Source: an uncultured Chryseobacterium sp.
Lineage (GTDB): Bacteria; Bacteroidota; Bacteroidia; Flavobacteriales; Weeksellaceae
Assembly (NCBI GenBank): GCA_963518055.1
Contig: CAUQIC010000023.1
Location: 35 to 64,034, forward strand
Direction: 5' to 3'
Length of the DNA stretch: 64,000 nucleotides
Part shown: one piece after another, positions 1 through 9,904 of the stretch
Layout of the letters: each line of letters starts with the position of its first letter
How positions within the stretch are numbered: position 1 is the stretch's first letter
Position numbers and translations under genes: made by a program
Notes under the pieces: model-generated
Database searches by the model: none
Seen by the model: only the letters and a program-made list of their open reading frames with translations
What the model was told of the DNA's origin: nothing

Positions 1-627
1 TGTTGGCCCAGTAATCCCTTGTGCACCTGTTGCTCCGGTAACTCCTGCTACACCCTGAGCTCCTACTGCTCCGGTTGGACCTGTAATTCCTTGCATACCT
101 TGTGCACCTGTTGCTCCGGTAACTCCTGCTAACCCCTGAGCTCCTACTGGACCTGTTGGCCCAGTAATCCCTTGCATACCTTGTGCACCTGTTGCACCAG
201 TGGCACCTTGAGGGCCAGGAATGGAACTCCCTGAAGTTTTTGCATATAAAGCATAAGGGACACTTAATAATTGTGATGTTCCTGTTATGGTATAGTTATT
301 TGATCCCCCGGGATCTGTTTCTATTTTTATAAAGTATGTATCTGCTCCCCAATTAATTGTTGAATAAGATCCACTTACTAAAGTCCCGGCTCCTATTTTT
401 ACCGTTACTAAACCATTTATATTGGTAGACTGAGTTTGAGTTTCGGAGTATACGACAGTTCCTGTTGCAGAACCTTTCAATATAGAAAATTTCATTCCTA
501 CATTCTGATTACTGACCAATTGATTACTTGAATTTCTGATAATAGCCTGATAGCTCATGGCATCCTGCACTTGTGAAAACACTAAAGCAGAAGCCAGAGA
601 GGCTGCTAGAAAAGAAAGCTTTTTCAT
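1..627 (-). CDS. Secreted collagen-like (Gly-X-Thr rich) fibre protein, runs off the window's left edge
   Basis: Not in the ORF track; translated by hand from ATG at 627: [19 protein letters not shown] (signal peptide), then SYQAIIRN...[13 protein letters not shown], then [21 protein letters not shown]... open to base 1. Confidence 0.9.
   Translation of the reverse strand, partial: MKKLSFLAASLASALVFSQVQDAMSYQAIIRNSSNQLVSNQNVGMKFSILKGSATGTVVYSETQTQSTNINGLVTVKIGAGTLVSGSYSTINWGADTYFIKIETDPGGSNNYTITGTSQLLSVPYALYAKTSGSSIPGPQGATGATGAQGMQGITGPTGPVGAQGLAGVTGATGAQGMQGITGPTGAVGAQGVAGVTGATGAQGITGPT
17..210. repeat. 81-bp tandem repeat (9 Gly-X-Y triplets per unit) in the collagen region
   Basis: CCTTGTGCACCTGTTGC recurs at 17, 98 and 179. 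Confidence 0.85.
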
Positions 628-648
628 AGGTAATTAGTTTTATATATT

Positions 649-1134
649 TTATTTATCTCTTTTTAAAACCTTAAAAATTTTGATGGCTTTACCTTCTTTT
701 GATATTTTTAATAAATAGACTGCAGCCGGATAAGATGTCATTATAATTTGAGTTTGTGCCTGAAGAATAGGCTTACTTGCCAGTAACTTACCACTGCTAT
801 CAAAAATATCATACCGATACTTATCGTAATCTTTAAATCCCAATTTTAAATTGAGAATGTCTGTTGTGGGATTCGGGAAAATAGCAAGGTTCAAACTGAT
901 TTCCGTGATATCAATTCCTAATGTTGGGGTAATTTCATAAGGCTGCTGAACACCTGCGGTAATATTTCCTCCGGAAGAAGAAGTTGTTTCGTGAAAAACC
1001 TGGCCTAAAGAAGCTGTAACATTCCCTGTCATACCAGACATATTAGTTCCACTCGTATTGAGGGTTTCCTGCCCCGAAACCTGCATCGAGAAACTAACAA
1101 GAAACAAAGAAAGTGTAAAAAGTGTAGTTTTCAT
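649..1134 (-). CDS. Small T9SS type A sorting-domain protein
   Basis: Signal peptide; GVQQPYEI motif; C-terminal IFPNPT...YLLKI...KIFKVLK typical of a type A CTD. Confidence 0.85.
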   Translation of the reverse strand: MKTTLFTLSLFLVSFSMQVSGQETLNTSGTNMSGMTGNVTASLGQVFHETTSSSGGNITAGVQQPYEITPTLGIDITEISLNLAIFPNPTTDILNLKLGFKDYDKYRYDIFDSSGKLLASKPILQAQTQIIMTSYPAAVYLLKISKEGKAIKIFKVLKRDK

Positions 1135-1173
1135 ATCATATTAATATATATCTTATTAGTTTTTAATATTTAC

Positions 1174-1181
1174 CAAAGATA
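1174..1181 (-). promoter_or_regulatory. Bacteroidota -7 promoter element (TATCTTTG)
   Basis: Matches TAnnTTTG, 40 bp upstream of the start at 1134. Confidence 0.55.
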
Positions 1182-1254
1182 TAATTATATTATGACAACT
1201 ATATTAATTTATATTTAAAAAAAATCACAAAGCATTTATTAATATTCCTATCAT

Positions 1255-2328
1255 CTACATAAGATCTTTTAAATATTCCCTATTTTGTCTTACAGAGGGG
1301 CAATCCGGCCTTGAAAGAGAAGCTTTTTCGTTGTATTCGTTGGCTCTTCTGTACTCTCCTAAAAAAGATAAACAAACGCAAGCCTCAATATTAGGAATAT
1401 ATCCTGAGTAATCAGAAAATACAAAACCTACAGAATTAGATACAGGAAGTTTTGTAGCCAAATCAAACCATTTAAATGCTTGATTATAATTTTGCTCTTC
1501 TTTATAATAGTATCCCAATTCACAACAAATATCCGGTCTCGGAACATCATATTCAAAGCTTTTGAATAAAACAGGCAGAATTTTTTCTCTGACACCCAAT
1601 TTTTTATATTCAATCGCTAATTGATGACAAGAGGTTATTATATCTTCTCCCCAGCCTGATCCCAAATCTAAAAATTTCTCGTAACAAATTATAGCTTTAG
1701 AAGTTTCGTTGTGATCTTTCAACTCCCTGGCATAATAATACAATTGTCTTGCAGAAAAATCTTGTCCTTTCTCCTCTAAAGCTTTATATATATCTATATT
1801 TCTTGTAGAAAGCTCTTCAGATCTTGTTTTTTTATGCCAAATTTCAATATCTGTATACTGTAGATTGCCAATCAGAGGGATACATTCGTGAACCGGATCG
1901 ATCCACTGATAATTTTTACTTCTTTTAAATAATCTTTCCCGTGTTGAAAGGAAAGCAGGGTTGTTATTTTGATCAAATGATAACACATATTTCATTGTGA
2001 CAATCTCAACGTTATCCTTCAAGCTTTTTTTCAGTTCATTAATTTCTTTAACAGACTTTTCAGGTACAACATCATCAGCATCTAACCACATCTGATAATC
2101 CATAACTGCTTTAGAAAAGGCAAAATTACGCGCTGCTGAAAAATCATTAATCCATTCAAAATCGAAAATTTTGTCTGTAAATTGTTCAGCAATTTCTTTA
2201 GTTTTATCTGTAGACCCTGTATCTACTATGATGATTTCATCTGCAAATTTTGCAGCACTCTCCAAACACCTCCCTAAAACGGCCTCTTCATTTTTAACAA
2301 TTAGACACAAACTTATTTTCATTGACAT
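1255..2328 (-). CDS. GT2 glycosyltransferase with C-terminal TPR repeats
   Basis: ISLCLIVKNEE, IVDTGSTD, DFSAARN, WLDADD, VHE motifs; helical TPR-like C-half; no signal peptide. Confidence 0.9.
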   Translation of the reverse strand: MSMKISLCLIVKNEEAVLGRCLESAAKFADEIIIVDTGSTDKTKEIAEQFTDKIFDFEWINDFSAARNFAFSKAVMDYQMWLDADDVVPEKSVKEINELKKSLKDNVEIVTMKYVLSFDQNNNPAFLSTRERLFKRSKNYQWIDPVHECIPLIGNLQYTDIEIWHKKTRSEELSTRNIDIYKALEEKGQDFSARQLYYYARELKDHNETSKAIICYEKFLDLGSGWGEDIITSCHQLAIEYKKLGVREKILPVLFKSFEYDVPRPDICCELGYYYKEEQNYNQAFKWFDLATKLPVSNSVGFVFSDYSGYIPNIEACVCLSFLGEYRRANEYNEKASLSRPDCPSVRQNREYLKDLM

Positions 2329-2561
2329 CAAATAATTTTAATAGGTATAAATATACTAGTATTAATTGTAGATATTAATATATATTTCCTGTTGAAATTA
2401 CATACAAGTTTAGGGTTTTAAGTAATGCATGGATGTATTTGCCTATTTTTTCCAATATGCAGAAATAGTTTTCAATTGCAATACAAAACAATATATCTAC
2501 AGAAAATATAGATATATAAAAGCTTAAACAATAAATTCTCTCCTGAAGACAATCTGTAAGA

Positions 2562-2590
2562 ATAAAAAGAGGCACAAAATTGTACCTCTT
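2562..2590 (-). terminator. Intrinsic terminator after 2661..3704
   Basis: AAGAGGTACAA-TT-TTGTGCCTCTT stem then T-rich tail on the minus strand. Confidence 0.65.
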
Positions 2591-2660
2591 CTGGGAATTG
2601 AAATGATCAAGATTTAAGAATTATATTACTATATTACGTTAGTCTTTTATTTAAAAAGGA

Positions 2661-3704
2661 TTAAGGTACCGGTGATGCTCCTGCTGATCCTGTAGAAGAT
2701 CCTCCCAGATTAAAGGTGAGCGCAGGTTTTGTATTTACCTGAGAATTATCTATAATCAGGGTATAAATTGTCCAGTTTCCATTAACGCCTCCATTTGTGC
2801 TGGCCTGGCTATAATCAGCAGAAAGTCTCCATGTACCTCCGGATTGAAATGCCGCTACATTAGACGGTCCCGAATAACTAAACCCGGGAGGATAACTTCC
2901 GTTGGCTACTGCTAAAAGACTATTAAAAGAATTTCCTACCATTACCATTGTATATTTATTGGAAGGAACCTTTGTATCAAAGTTGCTTATCCAGTCCTGC
3001 TGCACATTATTCAGATTATATACCTGATAATAAAAAGGAGCTGATACCTGTGAACTTTTATATAAATCTCCATTATCATCTACTGTCAAACGAAAGTAAG
3101 AGCCTGTCGACGGCTGTGATATCATATTTCCGACGCGTACTACTGGATTGTTACCATCTCCATTCACCTGCAAAGTTCTGGCAGGTGTTAATGTGCCTAT
3201 CCCCACGCGGTTGTCTACTGCATTCACATTTAAAGTAGATCCATCTACGTTAAAATGAGAACTTCCTGTACTAGCTGAAGAGGTAAAATTCAATGTTTTA
3301 TCCCCCATTTTCACACTACGGTTTCCGGCAAGTGTACCGTCATTATTATAAATATTTACATCCAAGCCTCCCGGTGCTTTTGCAATATCCAGTTTCTGCC
3401 AGATGTTTCCGTCGTAGTAATAATATCCTTCAGCAACTACATTTCCTGTTTTAGTTGTTGTAGTTGTTGCCGCACTCGTCACATACACCAGAGCTCCTTT
3501 TTGTGTGGTGGTATATTGATCATCTGCTGCTTTAAGCTCATCACCGGTGAGTCTTGGGGCTAAAATACCTTCTGCTTTACTTCCATCTTTCGTCTTTGCA
3601 GTGACATCTAATGTTGCTGCAGGAACAGTCGTATTAACCCCTATCTGCGCCATGGAAAAAGGGCTTACAGCGATTAATAGCAAAGGAAAAATTTTCTTTT
3701 TCAT
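2661..3704 (-). CDS. Secreted fibre/adhesin-like hypothetical protein
   Basis: Signal peptide, QIGVNTTVPAATLDV...EGILAPR N-terminus, YYYYDGNIW, NRVGIGT repeat; shares its N-terminus with 9905..10657. Confidence 0.75.
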   Translation of the reverse strand: MKKKIFPLLLIAVSPFSMAQIGVNTTVPAATLDVTAKTKDGSKAEGILAPRLTGDELKAADDQYTTTQKGALVYVTSAATTTTTKTGNVVAEGYYYYDGNIWQKLDIAKAPGGLDVNIYNNDGTLAGNRSVKMGDKTLNFTSSASTGSSHFNVDGSTLNVNAVDNRVGIGTLTPARTLQVNGDGNNPVVRVGNMISQPSTGSYFRLTVDDNGDLYKSSQVSAPFYYQVYNLNNVQQDWISNFDTKVPSNKYTMVMVGNSFNSLLAVANGSYPPGFSYSGPSNVAAFQSGGTWRLSADYSQASTNGGVNGNWTIYTLIIDNSQVNTKPALTFNLGGSSTGSAGASPVP

Positions 3705-4107
3705 ATCTCTAAATTTATTTTAAGCATTGGGTTAATAATTAATTAACAGTGAATGAAAGCTGAATTCAAAAAATAAAGGGATCACCAAAGGTCTTCTTTG
3801 TAGTGTGCGTTGAAATCACTGTCATTTGCAGGTTTTCAAATTGAAATAATATCAAATAACACTATTATTAATAATAAATTAATATGGCAAAGCATGGGGA
3901 CTAATGTATTTAAATTGTAGAATTTCAGCTGTGTTAGAATGAGTATATATCCAGGTAAAACATTAAAAATACATTCTATTTAATGGAGAAAAATCTTCTG
4001 GGTAAAGCCCCTTCACAATCTTTTATTGCTTTCTATTATAGTATATCTGTAAATAGAGATTCTTATCTATTTGTAAATTAAAGAATATTATCAGATACAA
4101 CTGATCT

Positions 4108-4449
4108 CTAATTTGAGCTGTTAGAGAAATTAAAGCACTTTTTCCATTTAGCTATTGTATTTCTGCTCATCATAAAATGACTAGCAAGCTCTCTATTATT
4201 CAATCCGTTCTTTACTTGATACTTTAGAATTTCAAGAATCGTTTCATAATTATATGCTCTATATTGCTGGTTAATACTAAAGGAATTATACTCATGCTCA
4301 AAGATCAGATCATTAAGTTTAATGATATCAAAATGGGTAAGTTTTTTTTTCTTTAATATTTTATGACATACTTCTTTTTTATCCGGAAACTTTATTTCTA
4401 AAATATCTTCAAAAATCTTTCTGTAATTTGGTTCATCACTATTTTTCAT
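4108..4449 (-). CDS. Small helix-turn-helix protein
   Basis: C-terminal LNNRELASHFMMSRNTIAKWKK HTH. Confidence 0.75.
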   Translation of the reverse strand: MKNSDEPNYRKIFEDILEIKFPDKKEVCHKILKKKKLTHFDIIKLNDLIFEHEYNSFSINQQYRAYNYETILEILKYQVKNGLNNRELASHFMMSRNTIAKWKKCFNFSNSSN

Positions 4450-4473
4450 TCCTTCGTTTTTTTCGATAGAATT

Positions 4474-4689
4474 CTACTGTAAACTATTTTTTATCTTAGC
4501 AGCAATTACTTTATTATTTTCAAATTCAATGGCTAGTATTGTTTTCTTTCCCCACCATGTTTTTTTAATTTCATAAGTCCATATGCTGTCCGGGTAAAAG
4601 TTGAATCCATCTCCTAACTGTGTTAAGATATCTTTTTTGTTTTTGCCAATGATAGAATGGCACAGCGTTAAAAGATCTTTATTATTCAT
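4474..4689 (-). CDS. Small hypothetical protein (possible SmpA/BamE-like fold)
   Basis: IGKNKKDILTQLG...WTY...LAIEFENNKV pattern; co-oriented between two HTH genes with short gaps. Confidence 0.6.
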   Translation of the reverse strand: MNNKDLLTLCHSIIGKNKKDILTQLGDGFNFYPDSIWTYEIKKTWWGKKTILAIEFENNKVIAAKIKNSLQ

Positions 4690-4739
4690 TCAGGCTAATA
4701 TTAATTACACATTATTCAAATAAATCTGGTGGAAAACCT

Positions 4740-5180
4740 CTATAAATGATTGGTATCAGCATATTTCTTGAGCCACTTATATAATGTAGTCTTTGGTATT
4801 TGATATTCTGTTATTATTTCATTTTTACTTTTTACTCCTGTTGTGACCATTTCCAGAATAAAATCTACAATATCCTTTGAATAGATATTTTTACGAAACT
4901 GCGGTAGCTTTGAATCCTTATCTGTTACCAAATTCTTCATACTGGGTAAAGGTGAATATAAAATAAGATGTTGTGAGTAAAGCCTGAAAAAATCATACTG
5001 AAGCAACTTGCTCCATTTTAATAACAGTTCACAATCCAGGCTCCTGCATTTTATCATCTCTGTTACCTCATTTTCCGAACATTTAAAAAAATTACAAATC
5101 CTTAGCATTTCAATATTTAATTCTGAAATCCGGGTCTGAATAAGCTCGCCCATATGGATTTTTTTATGATTATAGATCAT
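4740..5180 (-). CDS. HTH protein (IS3-OrfA-like C-terminal HTH, no DDE domain)
   Basis: KNIYSKDIVDFIL...KNEIITEYQIPKTTLYKWLKKY. Confidence 0.75.
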   Translation of the reverse strand: MIYNHKKIHMGELIQTRISELNIEMLRICNFFKCSENEVTEMIKCRSLDCELLLKWSKLLQYDFFRLYSQHLILYSPLPSMKNLVTDKDSKLPQFRKNIYSKDIVDFILEMVTTGVKSKNEIITEYQIPKTTLYKWLKKYADTNHL

Positions 5181-5365
5181 GCTATATTGCTTTAAGTGTT
5201 TTTTTATTTTGTAGTAATCATCATTGCATTACCATCCCTGATTTTTGCAGCCAAAGCCTCTTCTTTTAAAGAAGCTAAGGCTACAAATTTTCAGTTTGTG
5301 TTTATAGAATCGTCTGATAATCTGAATCATTGGAAATCTGACAATGATTAAATGATTAACTATTA

Positions 5366-5373
5366 CAAATCTA
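5366..5373 (-). promoter_or_regulatory. -7 element (TAGATTTG) for the small-gene trio
   Basis: TAnnTTTG match in the divergent intergenic region. Confidence 0.4.
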
Positions 5374-5465
5374 TTTTTTATTCAGAATGAAACATAATTT
5401 ATTCCGTGCATATATTTTATAACTTAAGTAGAAAAAGTTCTATTATTTTTATACTTTATTTGTAC

Positions 5466-5473
5466 TAATTTTG
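5466..5473 (+). promoter_or_regulatory. -7 element (TAATTTTG) for the sensor kinase operon
   Basis: TAnnTTTG match 30 bp before ATG 5504. Confidence 0.55.
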
Positions 5474-5503
5474 TCAATAGATGATTATGTTTACGTATTC
5501 CAT

Positions 5504-8476
5504 ATGAGGAAAATCTTATTATTTCTATTCTTTTTAAATCTGTTTCTAACTTGCATGGGGCAATACATATCCACATGGTATAATACAGATAATGGCCTTC
5601 CTCAAAACAGTATAAAAGATATTACAAAAGACAAATATGGCTTCATCTGGCTTGCCACAGAAAACGGCATTATAAAATACGACGGGCAAAGTTTTAGCAA
5701 CTATAATGATATAAAAGTCAAAAATTTACATTTCGATATTTTTTACGGAAATATCTCTGCGGATAGCATATTCTGTGTTAATGACTATATGCAGGACAGA
5801 ATACTCATCAATCGCAGATCAGTTAAAGTAAGCAAAACCGGGAATTTTAGTAGTGAACAACGGCTCAATCTCGAGCCGAATGTAATGCAAATTCATAAAA
5901 ACGATATTTCCAAAGACTTTAATAAGAATGTTACTTACTATATAAAGACTTCTACCTCTGAATATTCTTTTAAAAACAATACAATCAACTATTCAGTTAA
6001 TGGAAAAAGCACTAGTCTTTCGATTCCTGTTAATAATATGCATGATTTATTTGTTGACAATGACATCTTATACATCATCGATAAAGCTCATAGAAAGACA
6101 TACTCAGTAGACCGTGGTAGAGTTTCTTTAGCAGAAAATTCGAGTATAATAAATGATCCTTCTACTTTTGTACACTGGCATGAGGCAAATAATCAAACCT
6201 TTATCATCAATAATGGGCATATCTATTTATTGGAAGTATCTAATGGTCGTTTGAATTTAAAATTCCTCATTGCTAATAACAGCATACAAAAGAATAGCAT
6301 CACCTCTATTTATTATGATAAAATTTACAACAAGCTTTATCTCGCCAGTCCAATTAAAGGATTAAATATCATTGAACCCGAGCAATTTAAAATTGCAAAA
6401 AAGAACATTCCCTTTCAGACTGACGTAAGCTACTCCTCGCTACCGTTTAGTGCCAATACAATCATTGATTCAAGAGGAAATGTTCTCAACAATGAGGGTA
6501 TTGTTAAAAAATACAATTTCAAATGTGGAGATCAATATATGATGCTATTTGATTCTTTTCAAAATATCATTATTGGCCATACAACCTTCCTTACCACCTA
6601 TACTAAGAAATCAGGATATACCCAAGCATATACTGTCAATCTCAACAAAAGAATTATCGGATTGTTTAATAAGGCAGACCTTCATGCTGCGGCAACAGTC
6701 GACTCTTCAGATACTTTGATTCATTTTTTCGAGAATGATCAATTTAAAAAGATAAAATATAGCTGGAGATTTCCCGGTGCGGTAAAATCAATTCTGAGAT
6801 ATGGTACAAACAGACTTCTCGTGGGATCTTCTGATGGTCTCTATATTATAGATGCCACCGGTAAAAACAAACAAAAACTGATCAACACCATTGACGTAAA
6901 GAGTATTATAAGGACTTCTGATGGCGAGGTATGGGTAACAACCCGCAAAGAAGGCTATTTCATGGTTAGAGATAAAAAAGTCATCAAAATGCCTCTTGAC
7001 CGAAATCTTTTTCTGTCTAATGCTCATTTCATACAATATGACTCTCTTGGTAATTATTGGATTTCATCGGACAATGGCTTATTTAAAATATCTAAAAAAC
7101 AATTACTGCAATATGTAACAACAAAAAAAGTCCCTGAATACTATCGTTTTACAAAAGAAACCGGTCTTTTAGTCAACGAGTTCAATGGTGGAATTCTTCC
7201 AGCAGCATACACGCTACAGGATGGAGAATTTGTCTTCCCCTCTATGGAAGGTTTTGTGTTTTTCCAACCAAAAAATATCTCCTCTTACTACCCGGAAAAA
7301 TCTGCTATCTTCGTTGAAAGAGCAAGAATCAATAATAAAGAGATTAATTTTGATAAACAACTTACGGTAGAAAACAGCTCAGACCAGATTGAAATATTTA
7401 TAGACTTTCCTTACTACTCTGATGTTTCCAATACGAATGTTCAAGTAAGAATAAAAGGAATGAAGAAAAGGGATTGGCAGCATCTTGAACTTAAAGATGG
7501 AAAAAAAATAGCGTTAGCGGGTCTCGATCCTGGCATATATACTGTTGAATTTCGCGTTTTAGTTTCAGAAGACGGGAAATATGAATATAGAAATGTCGAA
7601 TTGGAAATAAAGCCTTTTTTCTATCAGACTATTTCTTTTAAAGTTATAGTTATTATGACTATCATTCTATCTTTAGGAAGTTTTGTTCGGAAAAGATCAA
7701 AGCTTTTAGATAAACGGAACAAAGCACTCAAAAGAACTGTTTACAGCATGAGTTCAGAACTCAAAGATGCTTCAGATAATCTTCATATCATGAAAAATGA
7801 AATGACGCAATTATCTGAATATCAGGAAAAATTAATAGAGACAATAAGTCACGACATTAGTACCCCGGTCAAATTCATTGTAATGCTTTCACAGAAACTC
7901 CACAATACAGATAATCTGGAATTTCAAAAAAAATATTTTGACAGTATTCATAAAGCATCTGAGGAGCTCTACAAATTCACACTGGATCTTAAAGAATATA
8001 ATACTCTCTATAAAACAGATACTATTTATACTGAGGATGAGTATACCATCTCTGAAATCCTAATCGAAAAAAAGAACCTGTTCCAGGAAATTGCCAAAAA
8101 CAGCAACAATATCATATCTGTAAAGGCAGATCATGAAATACTATGTAACATCAACAGAAATATATTATCCTGTATCATCCATAATATTATTGATAATGCA
8201 GTAAAAAACACAAACAATGGAACCATAGCTATTACTCTGAAGGAAAAAACAATAACCGAGACAACTATAATAGTAGAAGATACAGGTTGTGGAATGTCAC
8301 CTGAGCAGATTCAATATTATAATGATCTGTTTTCAAAAACGAATCAGATGGCATTTAAAAACTATGGACTGGGTCTGCACATGGTTATCCACTTGATAAA
8401 AAAAATCAATGCCCAAATAATGTTCTGCAAAGGTCTAATATGCGGAACAACAGTTACTATTACCTTAAAAAAATAA
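5504..8476 (+). CDS. Sensor histidine kinase with periplasmic beta-propeller (Reg_prop-like) domain
   Basis: Signal peptide from MRKILLF; GLPQNSI..DKYGFIWLATENG; TM segment; H-box SHDISTP, NIIDNAVK, DTGCGM, GLGL. Confidence 0.9.
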   Translation: MRKILLFLFFLNLFLTCMGQYISTWYNTDNGLPQNSIKDITKDKYGFIWLATENGIIKYDGQSFSNYNDIKVKNLHFDIFYGNISADSIFCVNDYMQDRILINRRSVKVSKTGNFSSEQRLNLEPNVMQIHKNDISKDFNKNVTYYIKTSTSEYSFKNNTINYSVNGKSTSLSIPVNNMHDLFVDNDILYIIDKAHRKTYSVDRGRVSLAENSSIINDPSTFVHWHEANNQTFIINNGHIYLLEVSNGRLNLKFLIANNSIQKNSITSIYYDKIYNKLYLASPIKGLNIIEPEQFKIAKKNIPFQTDVSYSSLPFSANTIIDSRGNVLNNEGIVKKYNFKCGDQYMMLFDSFQNIIIGHTTFLTTYTKKSGYTQAYTVNLNKRIIGLFNKADLHAAATVDSSDTLIHFFENDQFKKIKYSWRFPGAVKSILRYGTNRLLVGSSDGLYIIDATGKNKQKLINTIDVKSIIRTSDGEVWVTTRKEGYFMVRDKKVIKMPLDRNLFLSNAHFIQYDSLGNYWISSDNGLFKISKKQLLQYVTTKKVPEYYRFTKETGLLVNEFNGGILPAAYTLQDGEFVFPSMEGFVFFQPKNISSYYPEKSAIFVERARINNKEINFDKQLTVENSSDQIEIFIDFPYYSDVSNTNVQVRIKGMKKRDWQHLELKDGKKIALAGLDPGIYTVEFRVLVSEDGKYEYRNVELEIKPFFYQTISFKVIVIMTIILSLGSFVRKRSKLLDKRNKALKRTVYSMSSELKDASDNLHIMKNEMTQLSEYQEKLIETISHDISTPVKFIVMLSQKLHNTDNLEFQKKYFDSIHKASEELYKFTLDLKEYNTLYKTDTIYTEDEYTISEILIEKKNLFQEIAKNSNNIISVKADHEILCNINRNILSCIIHNIIDNAVKNTNNGTIAITLKEKTITETTIIVEDTGCGMSPEQIQYYNDLFSKTNQMAFKNYGLGLHMVIHLIKKINAQIMFCKGLICGTTVTITLKK

Positions 8477-8479
8477 GAC

Positions 8480-9094
8480 ATGAATAAGAAAATTTTAATC
8501 GCTGACGATCATTATATTGTCAGAGCAGGCACAGCCGCTATTCTGGAACTTGAGTATCCGGATATTGAAATCTATTTCGCCACCCGATATGATGAGGTAA
8601 AAACGCAGATTTCCAGCGTGCACTTTGATCTTGTCCTTCTAGATATCGATATGCCGGGGACTCTATATACCCATATGATTGGTGAGATTAAGCTCATCCA
8701 GCCAGATATAAAGATCCTTATCTTCTCAGCCTTCGAAAAAGAAACAGTTCTCCAATACATCCATGAAGGAGCCGATGGATATCTGAATAAAAAAAGTGAG
8801 GAAAATGAAATAAAAAATGCCGTAGAAACAATGTTCAGAATAGGTGTATATTACCCACAGGAACTCATCCCATTTATCTTAAAAAATACGACAGAAAGAA
8901 CCGTGGTAAAAAGTCTTTCGCCCAGAGAATATCAGATTTTCAAACTGCTTGCCGAAGGAAATGGCAATCTCGAAATATCCAATATATTAGGGATACAAAA
9001 ATCAACCATCAGTACTTTGAAAAAGAGGATATTTGAAAAACTTAAGGTGAGAAATACCGTTGAACTTGCAGAGTTTCATAAAAGACTACATTAA
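8480..9094 (+). CDS. LuxR/NarL-family response regulator
   Basis: ILIADDH, LLDIDMPG receiver domain; LSPREYQIF...ISTLKKRIFEKL HTH. Confidence 0.93.
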   Translation: MNKKILIADDHYIVRAGTAAILELEYPDIEIYFATRYDEVKTQISSVHFDLVLLDIDMPGTLYTHMIGEIKLIQPDIKILIFSAFEKETVLQYIHEGADGYLNKKSEENEIKNAVETMFRIGVYYPQELIPFILKNTTERTVVKSLSPREYQIFKLLAEGNGNLEISNILGIQKSTISTLKKRIFEKLKVRNTVELAEFHKRLH

Positions 9095-9743
9095 AAATAA
9101 TATATCAATACACCTAAAATCCTAAAAATATAATGTTAACAACTCTGTTACAGGCTACGGTTGTGATGAGGGTTATTAAAATTTTATGCATTTTTCAATA
9201 TTTACAAAAGAAAGAGATAGCTTCCATACTAGTCTCTTTCTCTGTAAATGTCAATTATAATAAGAATTTACAATCTATTCTTTTAATTAACCTTTTAGTG
9301 TTGCTGTCCATGCCCGGTATACCAATATATACTTAGCCCTCCTTATTTCATCTTATTCCTAATTAATTCTGTCAGGACCATCTCTCCCCCATTCTCTTAG
9401 TCTGAGTTTTTTCAACGGGAAGCTTGGGCAGCTGCAGGAACTATTGTAGGACTTTCTATTTGGGGTTATAATGCATCGAACTTTAATATTAATGATGCAT
9501 TTTATTTTTCCTATTGCCTTTAAGTAGATACACCAAATTAAACACTTAATTGTTTATCTGAACGATATATGAATTTAAATGATTGAGAGAATAAAACCAA
9601 TCTCTATTTCTTAAAAATTAATATTGATCATAAAAGCTACTACAATTAAAAATTTAATATTAATGTAGGAACTGATCTTTTTATAGAAACCAGGTGTTTT
9701 TATTTAGAAAAGGATACAGAAAAAATAGCCATTCTTATAAAAT

Positions 9744-9860
9744 AAAAAAAGCAGGCTGAGCGGGTATTATATTACCCGTCATCCTGCAAAAAACAATCCC
9801 CGCATCTTTTAAACCACAATATCCGGGGATTTATGCAGCCCATGAGGGAAAAGGGCTGCT
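9744..9860 (-). terminator. Three consecutive hairpins ending in a U-tract after 9905..10657
   Basis: Stems GCAGCCC/GGGCTGC, AATCCCCG/CGGGGATT and GCAGG..CGGGTA/TACCCG..CCTGC, then T7 on the minus strand. Confidence 0.65.
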
Positions 9861-9904
9861 ATTGAGTAAAGTTAATATGGATATTATTTTTTTATTTTAT
9901 TACA

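Noticed and set aside
4342..4354. Poly-A tract (KKKK) in the HTH gene as a phase-variation switch
   Set aside because: Runs of this length are common in such AT-rich DNA and the frame is intact.
4108..5180. IS element or transposase
   Set aside because: Only HTH domains; no DDE catalytic ORF, terminal inverted repeats or target duplication seen.
9133..9520. Possible gene remnant after the response regulator
   Set aside because: No convincing motif found by hand translation; cannot support a call.
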